Shown here one piece after another: positions 11,747 to 22,008 of a stretch of DNA of 64,000 nucleotides. Below the pieces are notes generated by a model. It saw only the letters and a list, made by a program, of their open reading frames with translations, was not told the DNA's origin and ran no database searches. The position numbers and the translations under genes were made by a program. The stretch spans positions 806,001-870,000 of the forward strand of contig SMSO01000034.1 in assembly GCA_004764695.1 (NCBI GenBank), in the 5' to 3' direction. Position 1 is the stretch's first letter. Each line of letters begins with the position of its first letter. This DNA is from Schizochytrium sp. TIO01 (lineage: Eukaryota > Protista > Bigyra: Labyrinthulomycetes).

Positions 11747-13888
11747 CAACCAAGCGATGAAATTATCTCAAAAGTCAAGTTATAAGAGCACAGAATCCCT
11801 CTGAGATTAGGCAACAGAATTGGATTGCCATTCGTTCACTCAATCAATGGCCACCAAAAAGTAACAACTATCTTCTCTCACAAATAGTTACTTGAGTAGC
11901 TCGAATAGCTCCTACTAGAATCAAATTAGGGACTACACTAGAAAGTGCCATAGTACCTTAATTTAAAGTGGCATACCGTGGCAACCGTATGAATTACTTC
12001 ACAGCTCAATATCAAGTCTTCGGGTATCCTGCGGAAAATCATGTTGAAAACAGTAACTTTCGTGAAAAAACTAATCCTTGGGACTCCTAATAAGAAAGGC
12101 TCAAAAAAACACATCTCACGAACTGCACAACGCAAATACATGAAATTGAGTTGTGCTCAGTACTTAATATGTCTAATTACTATTAAATGCTATTTTCACT
12201 TAGATTTGTGAGAAATTAGAGACTTCCTTTAAAGAAAAGCGATCTTCTGAAGGGATATCCTTACATGTTGTAACAGAGGCCCTCATTGCGCACACATAAG
12301 ATCAAATGAAAGGCAGGAACCCCATATTCATTGTCGTACACAGGTTAGACGAGTGTATTTGTTTTTCTGATCATCTTTGTTTATTTATTGTCCGCCCTTA
12401 GGAGGGTGTTCCAGTTTCTTTGTTTTTCTGTTTTTTTTTTTTTTTGTTTTTTTAAGTTTTGTATTTCTCTTTATGACTTATGATCTGGGACAGGCGGAGG
12501 GCTCTGCGATTCCTCTTGTTAGAGAATGACTTACCACATTCTAGCAGCTACGAAACTTCGTAATCTAATAAAGTCAGTAAATGTTGCTGTTTTTAGTCCA
12601 CCGCAGGGACACTCCACGGGAAAGAGCTTTTTTCTTTTTCAGGCAGAATTGATGAAAGAAAACCATGGCCAGGTCTGCACTTTACATCTGTTCTTATATA
12701 CACCGACTGAAAAGTTCTTACGAGCTCCGATCGCCACGTGAAAAGAAGTCAGAGGCACGAGCATCAAGTTAGGCAAATACTTATCTGACAATTTTGCATA
12801 ACTTTCAAGTTTAGCAACCTCATCAAAACTGAACGTACTTAAACGCCCAAAAACGTGCAATGAAAAGTGTAACAAAGAAATCTTGCACCAGATGTTCAGC
12901 TTCTTCAGTCACTTCCGAATAATTTATGGAATGAGAGAAACGCAAAAGTAACCACTTCCTCAAGTCAGTTCCCAACGTTGTCTTCTGGTTTAAACTCAGG
13001 TATGCCAGTGTATCTGAGAGTAGGTCCTCGGAAAAAAGGCTAGGGTTTTCTTTTCTGTCGGGGTGAGTAATATATGCACGTGAATTCAGGTCTTTGAAAT
13101 CAGAAAAGTCCCACGTGCACGATAAAATTGCGTCTGTTTACTTACTATCTAGCATGGTTCTGACAAGGTAAGGAACAATTTAAGCAGAATACACGAATGC
13201 GAATATTTGACAAAAGATGCGAAGCAAGGTATTGACACTATTATTCCAACAGAACTACTTATCTAACCTTTGCAAGAAACACTGAGAAATATATCCTACA
13301 AGATATGGTATAGAAAGGTTAGACTCATTTTTGTACGCCGTGTCTTTGCGGGTCTTGAAGGCCAGGTACCTTTTTCGTATTAAATTATGCAGCGACTTGA
13401 GTTGTTGCGAGATAATTTAGATATTAAAAGTTCAAGGGTTGGTAAGTGGGAATAAAAATTGGTCCATACTTCATCCAGCCTTTGGCCCATTAAGGAAAAA
13501 CAGAATAGCAATATTTAATAGTTCTATCATATCATAATAGGTAGAATAATTTGTCTCGAAATTATTGCACACGGGACATTTTCATCTTTAGCAAGGAGCT
13601 AAACTTCCTGGGTGCCGAGTTGGATTATCGTGGTGCAAGGAGCGGTCAATGATTAACTGGCTAGAGTGGTTAAAAATTAAAGGGAAAGAACAAAAAAAGA
13701 AGAGAAAATAGATGAGGAATTACTAAAGGACCGAAATAATTTTTTCTTCACAAGACATGTCTAAGACCATAAACCAATTCCCCCCCCCCAAGCAGCAAAT
13801 TGCACTGCTGGGTGCGCCAGCAAAACCGCAGTCCCTGTGAGTGCGAGGCTGAAGGAAAGGCCTCGCATCGACGCAGACCAAAGGCAAA

Positions 13889-16800
13889 ATGATGTCAGCG
13901 ACTGGCAAAGTTTACACGTCCAGCACGAGCGATGAGAAGGACGTCCTGATCAATGCGCTACGGCGACAGGTGGAGAATTTAAAGGCTCAGGTCGCCACAG
14001 TTCAGGCCAAAGATAAGAAAATAGAAGAGCTTGAGTCGTTGCTCAAAGTATGTTCGAAAGCAATGGACTGGGGCTCACCAACGAGCAGTCTAGCGAGTAA
14101 GCTTGCGCCACACGAGACGGAGAGATCGCCAGACCAAACGCAGGCCAACAATGATGGCAAGTCTTACGCAAGACCCATAAAAAATAACAATGAAGCATCC
14201 TGCGACAAGGATGAGCTGCCTATGTCCGGAGAAACAGCAGAATCCAAAGAAGATCAACATGATCGCCACCCTAGTTCTAGCCACGAAAATACTAAAGATC
14301 CCAAATCAACGAGTTCCTCCAAAGAGAAGCTCGTGGAACAGAACTTTGACATCGGCATTCTCCGTTTCGAAGAGGACTCTCCAAAGTTTCGGGCAGAAAT
14401 TGCAAAATGTATGGAAAATACAATTATTCTGGAGCATAACATTGAACAATTGATTGATGCCTCGCGAAAATGGAGAAAACGAGTAAGAGACCTTCAAGAA
14501 GCAGAGTGTGTTTTTGCGAAGGCTTTGGCCAACTGCAAGATGGAAACATCATCCGAGGGTGAAGACTTCTTTGGTATTTCAACCGGAATATTTGGTGAGA
14601 TTCTCCTGGGAATGGCAGAAGCTCGGGAGACCGCAGTTAAGATCCTAGAGGCGGCTTTTACTGAGGGCATAGAGAGCTTTGCGCAGCAAGAGCTGGAGCC
14701 TGTACGAGACCGACACAAGGCTGTCACAAAAGCTCTTGGTGACTATCAGTCAGCCTTGACTTCCTTTCTCAATGTTAAGTATCCTCCAAAGCACAAGAAC
14801 GCTCAACAGCAGAACCAGTTCAACATTAATCTTGCCATGCGAGAAAGCGATGCTATTGTCGCATTTGAGCAGTACGAGCTCGCTCGTCTAGACTTAGTAA
14901 GTCAGATTAACCGAGTACGAATTAAGAAGCAGAATGAGCTCGCGCAGAGCGTTGTGCAGGGTCTCTTTGCAATTCAAACAAGCATACATCAGGATTACGA
15001 ACGAATAGTCCGCTACTTACCAGACTTACGTCGGCAGCAAAACATATTTCCTTCTACAAGCACCTATCTGCAACAATGTGAATCAGCCTTTGTGCAAATT
15101 CGGTTTGAGCTCAATCGTAAACTTTGTAGGTCAATCCGACTATACTCTAAAGCTGCAGATGCTACTCAGGATATTGACTTGGATGGTCGACCAGACATTC
15201 GCCACGAATTTGCTCGACATGCGTTACAAGGCCAGCCAAAACTTGCACAATTACGTAGTGCATCATCCTCAAGTATGCATGTGCGTTCGCAATCCGCATC
15301 CCCAAACTCTGCGGATGCTCTACGCAGAACCGTACTTCGAACGCATAGAACTCATGACAAGGGAAAGCCACAAGATAACGCCTTACCACATCAGCGGTCG
15401 TTATCAGATGAAGGTAGGAAGCTGCGTGCACTTGATAGCTTTATTCTCTTACGAGATTCGCCGGCCATGACCGAAATTTTGCATACGCCAGACATGCTGA
15501 TTTGCTTTATCAAATTTCTCATAAAAGAGGGCAAGGCAGCAGAGATTTCGTTCTGGTTAGACGCGGAGCGGTACCGCACTCTCGAAGACAAATTTTTGAG
15601 ACATGGACGGGCTAAAGCAATCATGGAGAAGTATATTGATGGAGATATCGACTTACACCTGACTTTCAATCGAATTGCACAGCTTCGCACCCTCTTAGAC
15701 AGTGCGAAAGAACGCCCAACGAGTGTGACCCGTTCATTTTTTGATCTTGCACAACGCGAGGTATTAGACAATATCAAGGCCGATGCTTATACACAATTTC
15801 TTCGATCGGATCAATGGTTAACACTCGCCTATCCTGAGTCAAGTCAACAGACTACCTTACTTGAGTTGAAGGGGAAAGCCTCTGGGTCCTCAGCACCGAC
15901 CAATCTCTCCCATGAAGGCACAATTTTGACATCAGTCTACGATCCCACAAAATTGGAGCAGCTTATTCCAGCATATGTTGCAGATTCACTTCATTTGATC
16001 GATTTTGATACATCAAGCGCTCGGCAGCAAGCTGTTACTGTGCGTTGCCTTCTCGATAACAAATCCCGTGTGATTGTGAATGGACCGTACGATGCAAATA
16101 TCTCGGACGCATTTAACATCGAGTATCAGCCCAGCGTGGCGTTAGGACGGTTGGAGGACGATCTGCATAATGTGTATCGTGCAAGTACCAAGACTCTTAT
16201 TGAGAGGGGCCTATGGAGCACTGATAATGCTGCGCATGCATCTCCGCCTTCATTGCCAAGAGTTGCTGCTATGCGAAGGCATTCGGCTGAGAACAGTACG
16301 CATAAGACCCCCACCCGGCCGCCGCTTGTATCAACTTCCAGTACTTCAAAGCGGAATTTGAATTCTTCAAACCATTCTGCTTCTTCAAAATCCGAAGTTC
16401 GTGCTAGGCCTTTGAGCCGTCAGCTTAGTACCTCGAGCATTCCTCCGTTAGCACACTTGTCCTCAATGCGTAGCAAGCCGTCCCATTCTCGCAAAGCCTC
16501 CTCTTCATTTTTTAAGGATCGCATCAAAACATGGGCGGCAAAGACGTTTAAGCACGACAATGGCGGCTCTACTGGCAATAGCAGCAGCCACCAGCGTCTT
16601 CCAGTCTATATCCACGAGCAAGTAGCATTGGAAGCTGCACAAGTCGGCAAACACCTAGGTGACGATGAACGCGAAGATAATGTATCTGCTGCTATATCTG
16701 ATGGTGAAGATAGCGACTTGGAAGGGTCTCTCCACAGGGCATCAAAACGACATCAAACGCATGCGAATGAAGAAGATGACGGCGAAGATTATAGGACCGG

Positions 16801-18280
16801 TTTCACTCGTGAGGAAGACGAACATGAAGATGAAGACGACGACGACGATGACGATGATGACGACGATGTTAATGATGAAGATGACGATGACGATGACGGT
16901 TGTGCTATTCAGGGTGAGGACGATGTTAAAGATGACGAATTCGCAGGCGGTTCAGGTCGACCAAGGGGATACAGCGAGTCTGAAAGATCATCGTCTAGTT
17001 CTACACGTAAATCTCGTACTGGCAGATACTCCTTGGATCACACATTGTTGCCCCTTGATCTCCCCTCTCTCCGTGAAAACGGTGATGGGCAAGAGAAGCA
17101 AGATCAATTTGCGACTCGTCGTAAAGTTGTAGCTGCGCATATATCTAGAACATCGCCTGTAGTCAAAGCTGGTTACTTACGAAAACGGTCTTCGAAAATG
17201 CGCAAAACATGGAAACGGCGCTGGTTTGTTTTGCAAGGTGGGCAGCTCTTTTACCTGCGGGACCACAATGGCACTGAGGAGCAAGTTTTCATTTGTGAAT
17301 GCATGTTTGCTATGGTTCGGGAGGCTGATTCTTCTGCTTCCAGTGACCTTCCATTTTGCTTTGAAATTCTGTCACCTAATCGAAGGACATATATCATGCA
17401 GGCCGAAAATGAGATGGCGATGCGATCATGGATGGATACGATTCGCACCTCTACAGAGCGTTTAATTACCGATTTTGGTGGCCAGTCACAATCAAGTAGC
17501 CATCCAAACTTGTCTTGCGCAACCTCAAAGAATTGTGGATCCACAACACCAGGTCAGCTGAGTGCAGATCCGGACCTCTTAAAAGCCCAGAGAAAGAACC
17601 CATCCTGTGCTGATTGCGGATCGCCCCAGCCAGACTGGGCATCCATTAATCTTGGTATTCTCTTGTGCATTGAGTGCTCAGGCATTCATCGTTCCCTTGG
17701 CGTTCATGTTTCTAAAGTTCGCTCTTTGACGCTGGATAGCTGGTCTGAAGGATCAAAGGCCGTGATAAATGCTATTGGCAATGACGCAGCGAATGCTCTA
17801 TGGGAGAGCGATCTTCAGACCCAACATCAATGGGAAAAACCTACTCCTCAAGCATCTCGAAAGGACAAAGAGGACTTTATTCGTGCTAAATATGCTTGGA
17901 AACTTTTCATGAAGCCTGATCTGCAAAAATCGGTTGTATCTATGGATGATTTTAGAGAGGTATGTGCTCACGGAGATTCATTGAACTTGCTTAACTTTAT
18001 CATTTGCCATCCTCCTGAAAAGCTTTCCTCGTCTGCAAATGGAAATTCTGCAAAATTGTCCCAAGCGTTGCACATAGTTGTTGCTCGCGGTGACTTGGCT
18101 TCGTGTGAGATTTTGCTACAGAATGGTTTGCGACAGATGCTTAATATGCGTGACTCCCAAGGTCGATCACCAGCTGATATTGCTACTGCCCATAAGCATC
18201 TGCATTTGCTGCCAATGTTTTCTGCAAGAATCATCGGAGGCGGTCCAGCACCTCCAACTGCTCCTACTGGAGCGGCTTGA
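13889..18280 (+). CDS. ACAP/centaurin-beta-like ArfGAP with coiled-coil, BAR, RGS, acidic tract, PH, ArfGAP and ankyrin domains
   Basis: EDSPKFRA start of BAR; RGS-like segment (FIKFLIKE...ISFW...A..I..KYI...FF..AQ.EV....D.Y..FL.S); PH KAGYLRKRS...WKRRWFVL; ArfGAP CADC-x16-CIECSGIHRSLGVHVSKVRSLTLD; ankyrin-like ALH...G......LL..G...D.QGRSP.D.A; 1463 aa uninterrupted ORF. Confidence 0.93.
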   Translation: MMSATGKVYTSSTSDEKDVLINALRRQVENLKAQVATVQAKDKKIEELESLLKVCSKAMDWGSPTSSLASKLAPHETERSPDQTQANNDGKSYARPIKNNNEASCDKDELPMSGETAESKEDQHDRHPSSSHENTKDPKSTSSSKEKLVEQNFDIGILRFEEDSPKFRAEIAKCMENTIILEHNIEQLIDASRKWRKRVRDLQEAECVFAKALANCKMETSSEGEDFFGISTGIFGEILLGMAEARETAVKILEAAFTEGIESFAQQELEPVRDRHKAVTKALGDYQSALTSFLNVKYPPKHKNAQQQNQFNINLAMRESDAIVAFEQYELARLDLVSQINRVRIKKQNELAQSVVQGLFAIQTSIHQDYERIVRYLPDLRRQQNIFPSTSTYLQQCESAFVQIRFELNRKLCRSIRLYSKAADATQDIDLDGRPDIRHEFARHALQGQPKLAQLRSASSSSMHVRSQSASPNSADALRRTVLRTHRTHDKGKPQDNALPHQRSLSDEGRKLRALDSFILLRDSPAMTEILHTPDMLICFIKFLIKEGKAAEISFWLDAERYRTLEDKFLRHGRAKAIMEKYIDGDIDLHLTFNRIAQLRTLLDSAKERPTSVTRSFFDLAQREVLDNIKADAYTQFLRSDQWLTLAYPESSQQTTLLELKGKASGSSAPTNLSHEGTILTSVYDPTKLEQLIPAYVADSLHLIDFDTSSARQQAVTVRCLLDNKSRVIVNGPYDANISDAFNIEYQPSVALGRLEDDLHNVYRASTKTLIERGLWSTDNAAHASPPSLPRVAAMRRHSAENSTHKTPTRPPLVSTSSTSKRNLNSSNHSASSKSEVRARPLSRQLSTSSIPPLAHLSSMRSKPSHSRKASSSFFKDRIKTWAAKTFKHDNGGSTGNSSSHQRLPVYIHEQVALEAAQVGKHLGDDEREDNVSAAISDGEDSDLEGSLHRASKRHQTHANEEDDGEDYRTGFTREEDEHEDEDDDDDDDDDDDVNDEDDDDDDGCAIQGEDDVKDDEFAGGSGRPRGYSESERSSSSSTRKSRTGRYSLDHTLLPLDLPSLRENGDGQEKQDQFATRRKVVAAHISRTSPVVKAGYLRKRSSKMRKTWKRRWFVLQGGQLFYLRDHNGTEEQVFICECMFAMVREADSSASSDLPFCFEILSPNRRTYIMQAENEMAMRSWMDTIRTSTERLITDFGGQSQSSSHPNLSCATSKNCGSTTPGQLSADPDLLKAQRKNPSCADCGSPQPDWASINLGILLCIECSGIHRSLGVHVSKVRSLTLDSWSEGSKAVINAIGNDAANALWESDLQTQHQWEKPTPQASRKDKEDFIRAKYAWKLFMKPDLQKSVVSMDDFREVCAHGDSLNLLNFIICHPPEKLSSSANGNSAKLSQALHIVVARGDLASCEILLQNGLRQMLNMRDSQGRSPADIATAHKHLHLLPMFSARIIGGGPAPPTAPTGAA

Positions 18281-18692
18281 GTGCCCCGGTAATATAAAAA
18301 TTTGAAGAACCAAAAAATCTAAAGATGTTCTGAAGGACGCTGAAAACAGTGTCACCAGACTATATACGAAGTTTGCGAAGCGAATACTGGTCTCCTGAGT
18401 ACCTCTGGGGGTGTTACTGTTTTGTTCCATATGACTTACTCGCATGCATATTGTATTTTTGTATAATAGTCCGTCTTGACCTTTAGAAAAAATAAATAAA
18501 TATATATATAAAGAATGCTATCATCATCAAAATCTTAGTTTTTTACTTTTAGTTGCTTCTTCATCATATTAGCCAGTATAGTGCTAAGCCTTGGTAGGTA
18601 GTAGTACCTACCTAAGTGAGAGATACCTTCACTTTGTTCGAGGAAGAACTTCACGTTTGCAAACCCGATTCCATGTCTATAAGATTGCTGCC

Positions 18693-20276
18693 ATGATGTG
18701 GTACGGCTGCACGAGAGCTTCGAACGCTGTGTCACTTGTACATCGCCGGGTAGTAACAATTGTTTTTCTTACATTGTACATATTTTTAGAAATATGTACG
18801 TGGAGCTGCACGGCTAGCTCGAGCAACCCTGTGCCAAGGACGTCCCATCTCTTGCAACACCTCGGCACGAAAACACCATACGAAGCAAGGCTCCACGCTG
18901 AACACCCCGGAGAGGACCCAGAAACATGTGCAGTTGCCTCTGGGATCTCTGCTGTTCGTTCTATCACTAAAGGGTTGCCCAAACAGCACTCGCCAGAAGA
19001 CACTGCGACTTCTTTTTCTACTCCTTTCGCTGTTGATGGAGCTACGTCTGCACTTGCCTGTGAGCCTATTCATGTGTACAAGGTCGTGCGTCACGGTACA
19101 CGATATCCTACAGAAAAGCACATGCGCAAACTGAACAAGGTGGCACAAGCATTGGGTGTCAGTTTAGACATGCAAGAAGAGGACGCAGGACTCTTGACAT
19201 CAGTTGGCGACCAAGAACTTGAGCACATGGGCCGAAGGCTTGGCAAACGTTTCCCCAGCCTGTTTGAAGGTGGTTACCATCCAGTTAAACATGATATTCA
19301 GTCTTCTCAAGTAACGCGTGCTTTGCAAAGCGCATCAGCGTTCAGCCGCGGTCTCTTCGGCTCCAATGTGAGCGTTGCAATCAGGTCTGAGACCAAGGCG
19401 CTCGACCGGCACATGCGATTTCACAAGGCTTGTCCACGGTACGCGCGGGAGGTTAAAAAGAACTCGACCCTCGAAGAGTTAGGTCCGATTGGAATTGCGA
19501 CGCGGCTTATAAATCATGAGGTATTTGCCAATATTCTAGATCGAATCGAGAGCGTGGGTCTGAGGCAGCGTTTTCAGGAGATGGGCGCCAAGGCTGTAGT
19601 CCGAGGTGTCTGGGATCTTTGTGTAGTACACCTTGCGTCGCTCAACATGACTTCCCCAGCTTGTGCTTTGTTGAGTGAAAGCGATGTAGAGCTTTTATCT
19701 TATCTTGATGATGTGGAAAGCTTCTGGTTGAAGGGATATGGTTTTCGTATCAACTACGAAATGGCATGCCCTCTTGTCCAGGACATCGCACGCACTATTA
19801 AGGATGCCTCGTCTACATCATCCTTACGACGGTCGACTTTGCGATTTGGCCATGCCGAAACAATTATTCCTTTAGTTGCACGGCTTGGTCTCTTCCTTGA
19901 TGAGTCCGGTCATGAACCGTACCAGCTCCCTTGCTTTGATATGCTTAGTTCAGATGATGAAGCAACCCGTAAGGTTGCGATACAGTCTGCCTTAGATAGT
20001 CTGCATGTAGTGGCTCGCCGGTGGCGTAGCGGAAGGGTGTCACCCTTTGCAGCAAATGTCGCTTTTGTTTTGTATCGCTGTAAATCTGGTCCGGAATTTG
20101 TTGTGGAGTTAATGCATAATGAAGACACGGTACCGATGCCACCGGTACTCTGTGCAAAGCCCCTTAACGAAGATGGCACACTTTGCGCAATGGACGATTT
20201 TCTTGATCGGGTCTATGCTCTCATAGAACCTTGCAACTTTGATGATCTTTGTTCTGTTAGTACTGAGTCAAACTAA
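18693..20276 (+). CDS. MINPP1: Multiple inositol polyphosphate phosphatase / phytase (clade 2 histidine phosphatase)
   Basis: RHGTRYP catalytic motif, LGTKTPY, MRFHKAC, FGHAET proton-donor motif (HAE), PFAAN, N-terminal hydrophobic signal segment. First ATG is at 18693; the ORF track starts at a non-ATG codon at 18591. Confidence 0.9.
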   Translation: MMWYGCTRASNAVSLVHRRVVTIVFLTLYIFLEICTWSCTASSSNPVPRTSHLLQHLGTKTPYEARLHAEHPGEDPETCAVASGISAVRSITKGLPKQHSPEDTATSFSTPFAVDGATSALACEPIHVYKVVRHGTRYPTEKHMRKLNKVAQALGVSLDMQEEDAGLLTSVGDQELEHMGRRLGKRFPSLFEGGYHPVKHDIQSSQVTRALQSASAFSRGLFGSNVSVAIRSETKALDRHMRFHKACPRYAREVKKNSTLEELGPIGIATRLINHEVFANILDRIESVGLRQRFQEMGAKAVVRGVWDLCVVHLASLNMTSPACALLSESDVELLSYLDDVESFWLKGYGFRINYEMACPLVQDIARTIKDASSTSSLRRSTLRFGHAETIIPLVARLGLFLDESGHEPYQLPCFDMLSSDDEATRKVAIQSALDSLHVVARRWRSGRVSPFAANVAFVLYRCKSGPEFVVELMHNEDTVPMPPVLCAKPLNEDGTLCAMDDFLDRVYALIEPCNFDDLCSVSTESN

Positions 20277-21063
20277 GCAATCACATCTTCAAGTCTGCTA
20301 AGAGATATCACTCATTTTATTGCCAGTGTAAGGAGCCTTTTGCTTTACACTGCAAAGCACAGTAAGATTTCATTTTCGGTACTATATACAAATGTGGAAA
20401 ATTTTTACCAAGGCAAACGTCGCTGAGTGTTTGTGTTGCTCCTGCTTCATCTTCTCAGGTTCTCAAAATTTTATGACTATTTTGATTTATACCCATTCCC
20501 TGAGCTATTAACTATGTCATACATCCCTTCGATAATCGTGCTAAGGCATCTCCCACCAACGAACTTGTCGTTTCGGAAGTTAAAGAATCAAGACAATATG
20601 ATTTTCTTGAAGCAGAGGTGCCATCAACTTTATATGAGGCAAATTCTGAAGGGTTCTGGGGGGACCCGGCGTATACACGCTCAAGTCCAATTAACCTGAA
20701 AGAGGAAATAATTAGTCTTTTGTTGCTGGATTGGCATACTCTCCACCTTTATGGTTCTTGGAAATGGTATGTGTCTAAGGTTAAAGTGTCTATGTAATCA
20801 AAGAACCTTCTATAATTGGTAATATGGGGTATTAGGTACCCCTACCTCTAGCTACTAAACTGAAGGAAAGAACTGGAAAAGAAGAAGAAGAAGAAGCATG
20901 AAGAAGAAGTAGAGAGAACTACATTGGCAAGATAGTCAAAGATAGATCTCACAACCTCATTATCGACGTGTGAATCACGCGCGCACCATTAGGCGCTCAT
21001 AATATTTGTCGTACATCTCCCAACCCGGGCACGTCTTCTTTCTTTCCTCCCCCTCTCTTAAGC

Positions 21064-22008
21064 ATGCGTGGAGTCGGCGGGTCTTCCTCAGATCGTCGTG
21101 GTCTCCACGAGCCTCTTCTCGACGACCAGGACGACGTTGGCGATGATCTAGAGGCCTCTTTCGCATCGACATCGTCCACCTCTTCAGCTGTATCTTCTTC
21201 TCGCCTCGCGGCCACTCGCGCCCTCCGCGACTTTGAGGCGGCCTCTCGCGCTGCCCTTGCCCAAGCTGGCCCATCCTCTTCCTCCTCCTCCTCCTCCTCC
21301 TCCTCCTCAGCTAGAGATGCCGCTGTTGCCAAAGCAACTCGCGCCGCAGAGTCTGTGCGGGTAAGTCTCGCAACCCTGTCTCGCGAGACAGCTGCTCTTC
21401 CCTCAGAGGAGCTCCGTCGTAAGGCAGAGCCTCTTCGTGCGCGTCTCTGCGCTGCGTTCGAGGCCCAGGTTGCTGCACTTGAGGCAGGTCTGCGCGAGGC
21501 CATGGCCTCTGATTGCAGCCAGGTTGCCGCAGGCAAAAGTACTGATAGTCCCTTCGGGGACGGCTCTGTGGCGCCTGGAAGGCGCTCGCAAAAATCAAAT
21601 CGCCAGAACCAAAGCTTTGGTCAAGATGGCGAAGGTCAAGATGTGGAGCAGCTCCGGCTGCAAGAGCAGCAGAGGATGGAGCAAAGGCTACTGAGAGAAC
21701 GGGCAGAGCTGAATCAGGAGGACTTGGCTATGAGGGAGTCAGAGTTCTCACAGCTGCAACAGAATGTATGGAGACTGAACGATATTTCAAGGGAAGTAGC
21801 CACGCTGGTGCATGCACAAGGAGAAGATGTGGAAGAGGTGGCCACAAATGCAGAGAGGGCGAACGATGGCACGCGAGCGGGTTTAGAAGAGCTTAGGAAA
21901 ACAGCCATGTATAGACGAAAAATCAATCCAGTCACATGCACATTTGCATCAGTACTCGCGTTGCTAGCACTTGCATTGATTATCCTTATTGTTACAGGGA
22001 AGATATGA
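21064..22008 (+). CDS. Syntaxin (Qa SNARE), probably endosomal/vacuolar (syntaxin-7/Pep12/Vam3-like)
   Basis: SNARE motif LNDISREVATLVHAQGEDVEEV..N.E.A with zero-layer Q, C-terminal TM anchor (FASVLALLALALIILIV), N-terminal EPLL dileucine-like motif. Confidence 0.85.
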   Translation: MRGVGGSSSDRRGLHEPLLDDQDDVGDDLEASFASTSSTSSAVSSSRLAATRALRDFEAASRAALAQAGPSSSSSSSSSSSSARDAAVAKATRAAESVRVSLATLSRETAALPSEELRRKAEPLRARLCAAFEAQVAALEAGLREAMASDCSQVAAGKSTDSPFGDGSVAPGRRSQKSNRQNQSFGQDGEGQDVEQLRLQEQQRMEQRLLRERAELNQEDLAMRESEFSQLQQNVWRLNDISREVATLVHAQGEDVEEVATNAERANDGTRAGLEELRKTAMYRRKINPVTCTFASVLALLALALIILIVTGKI

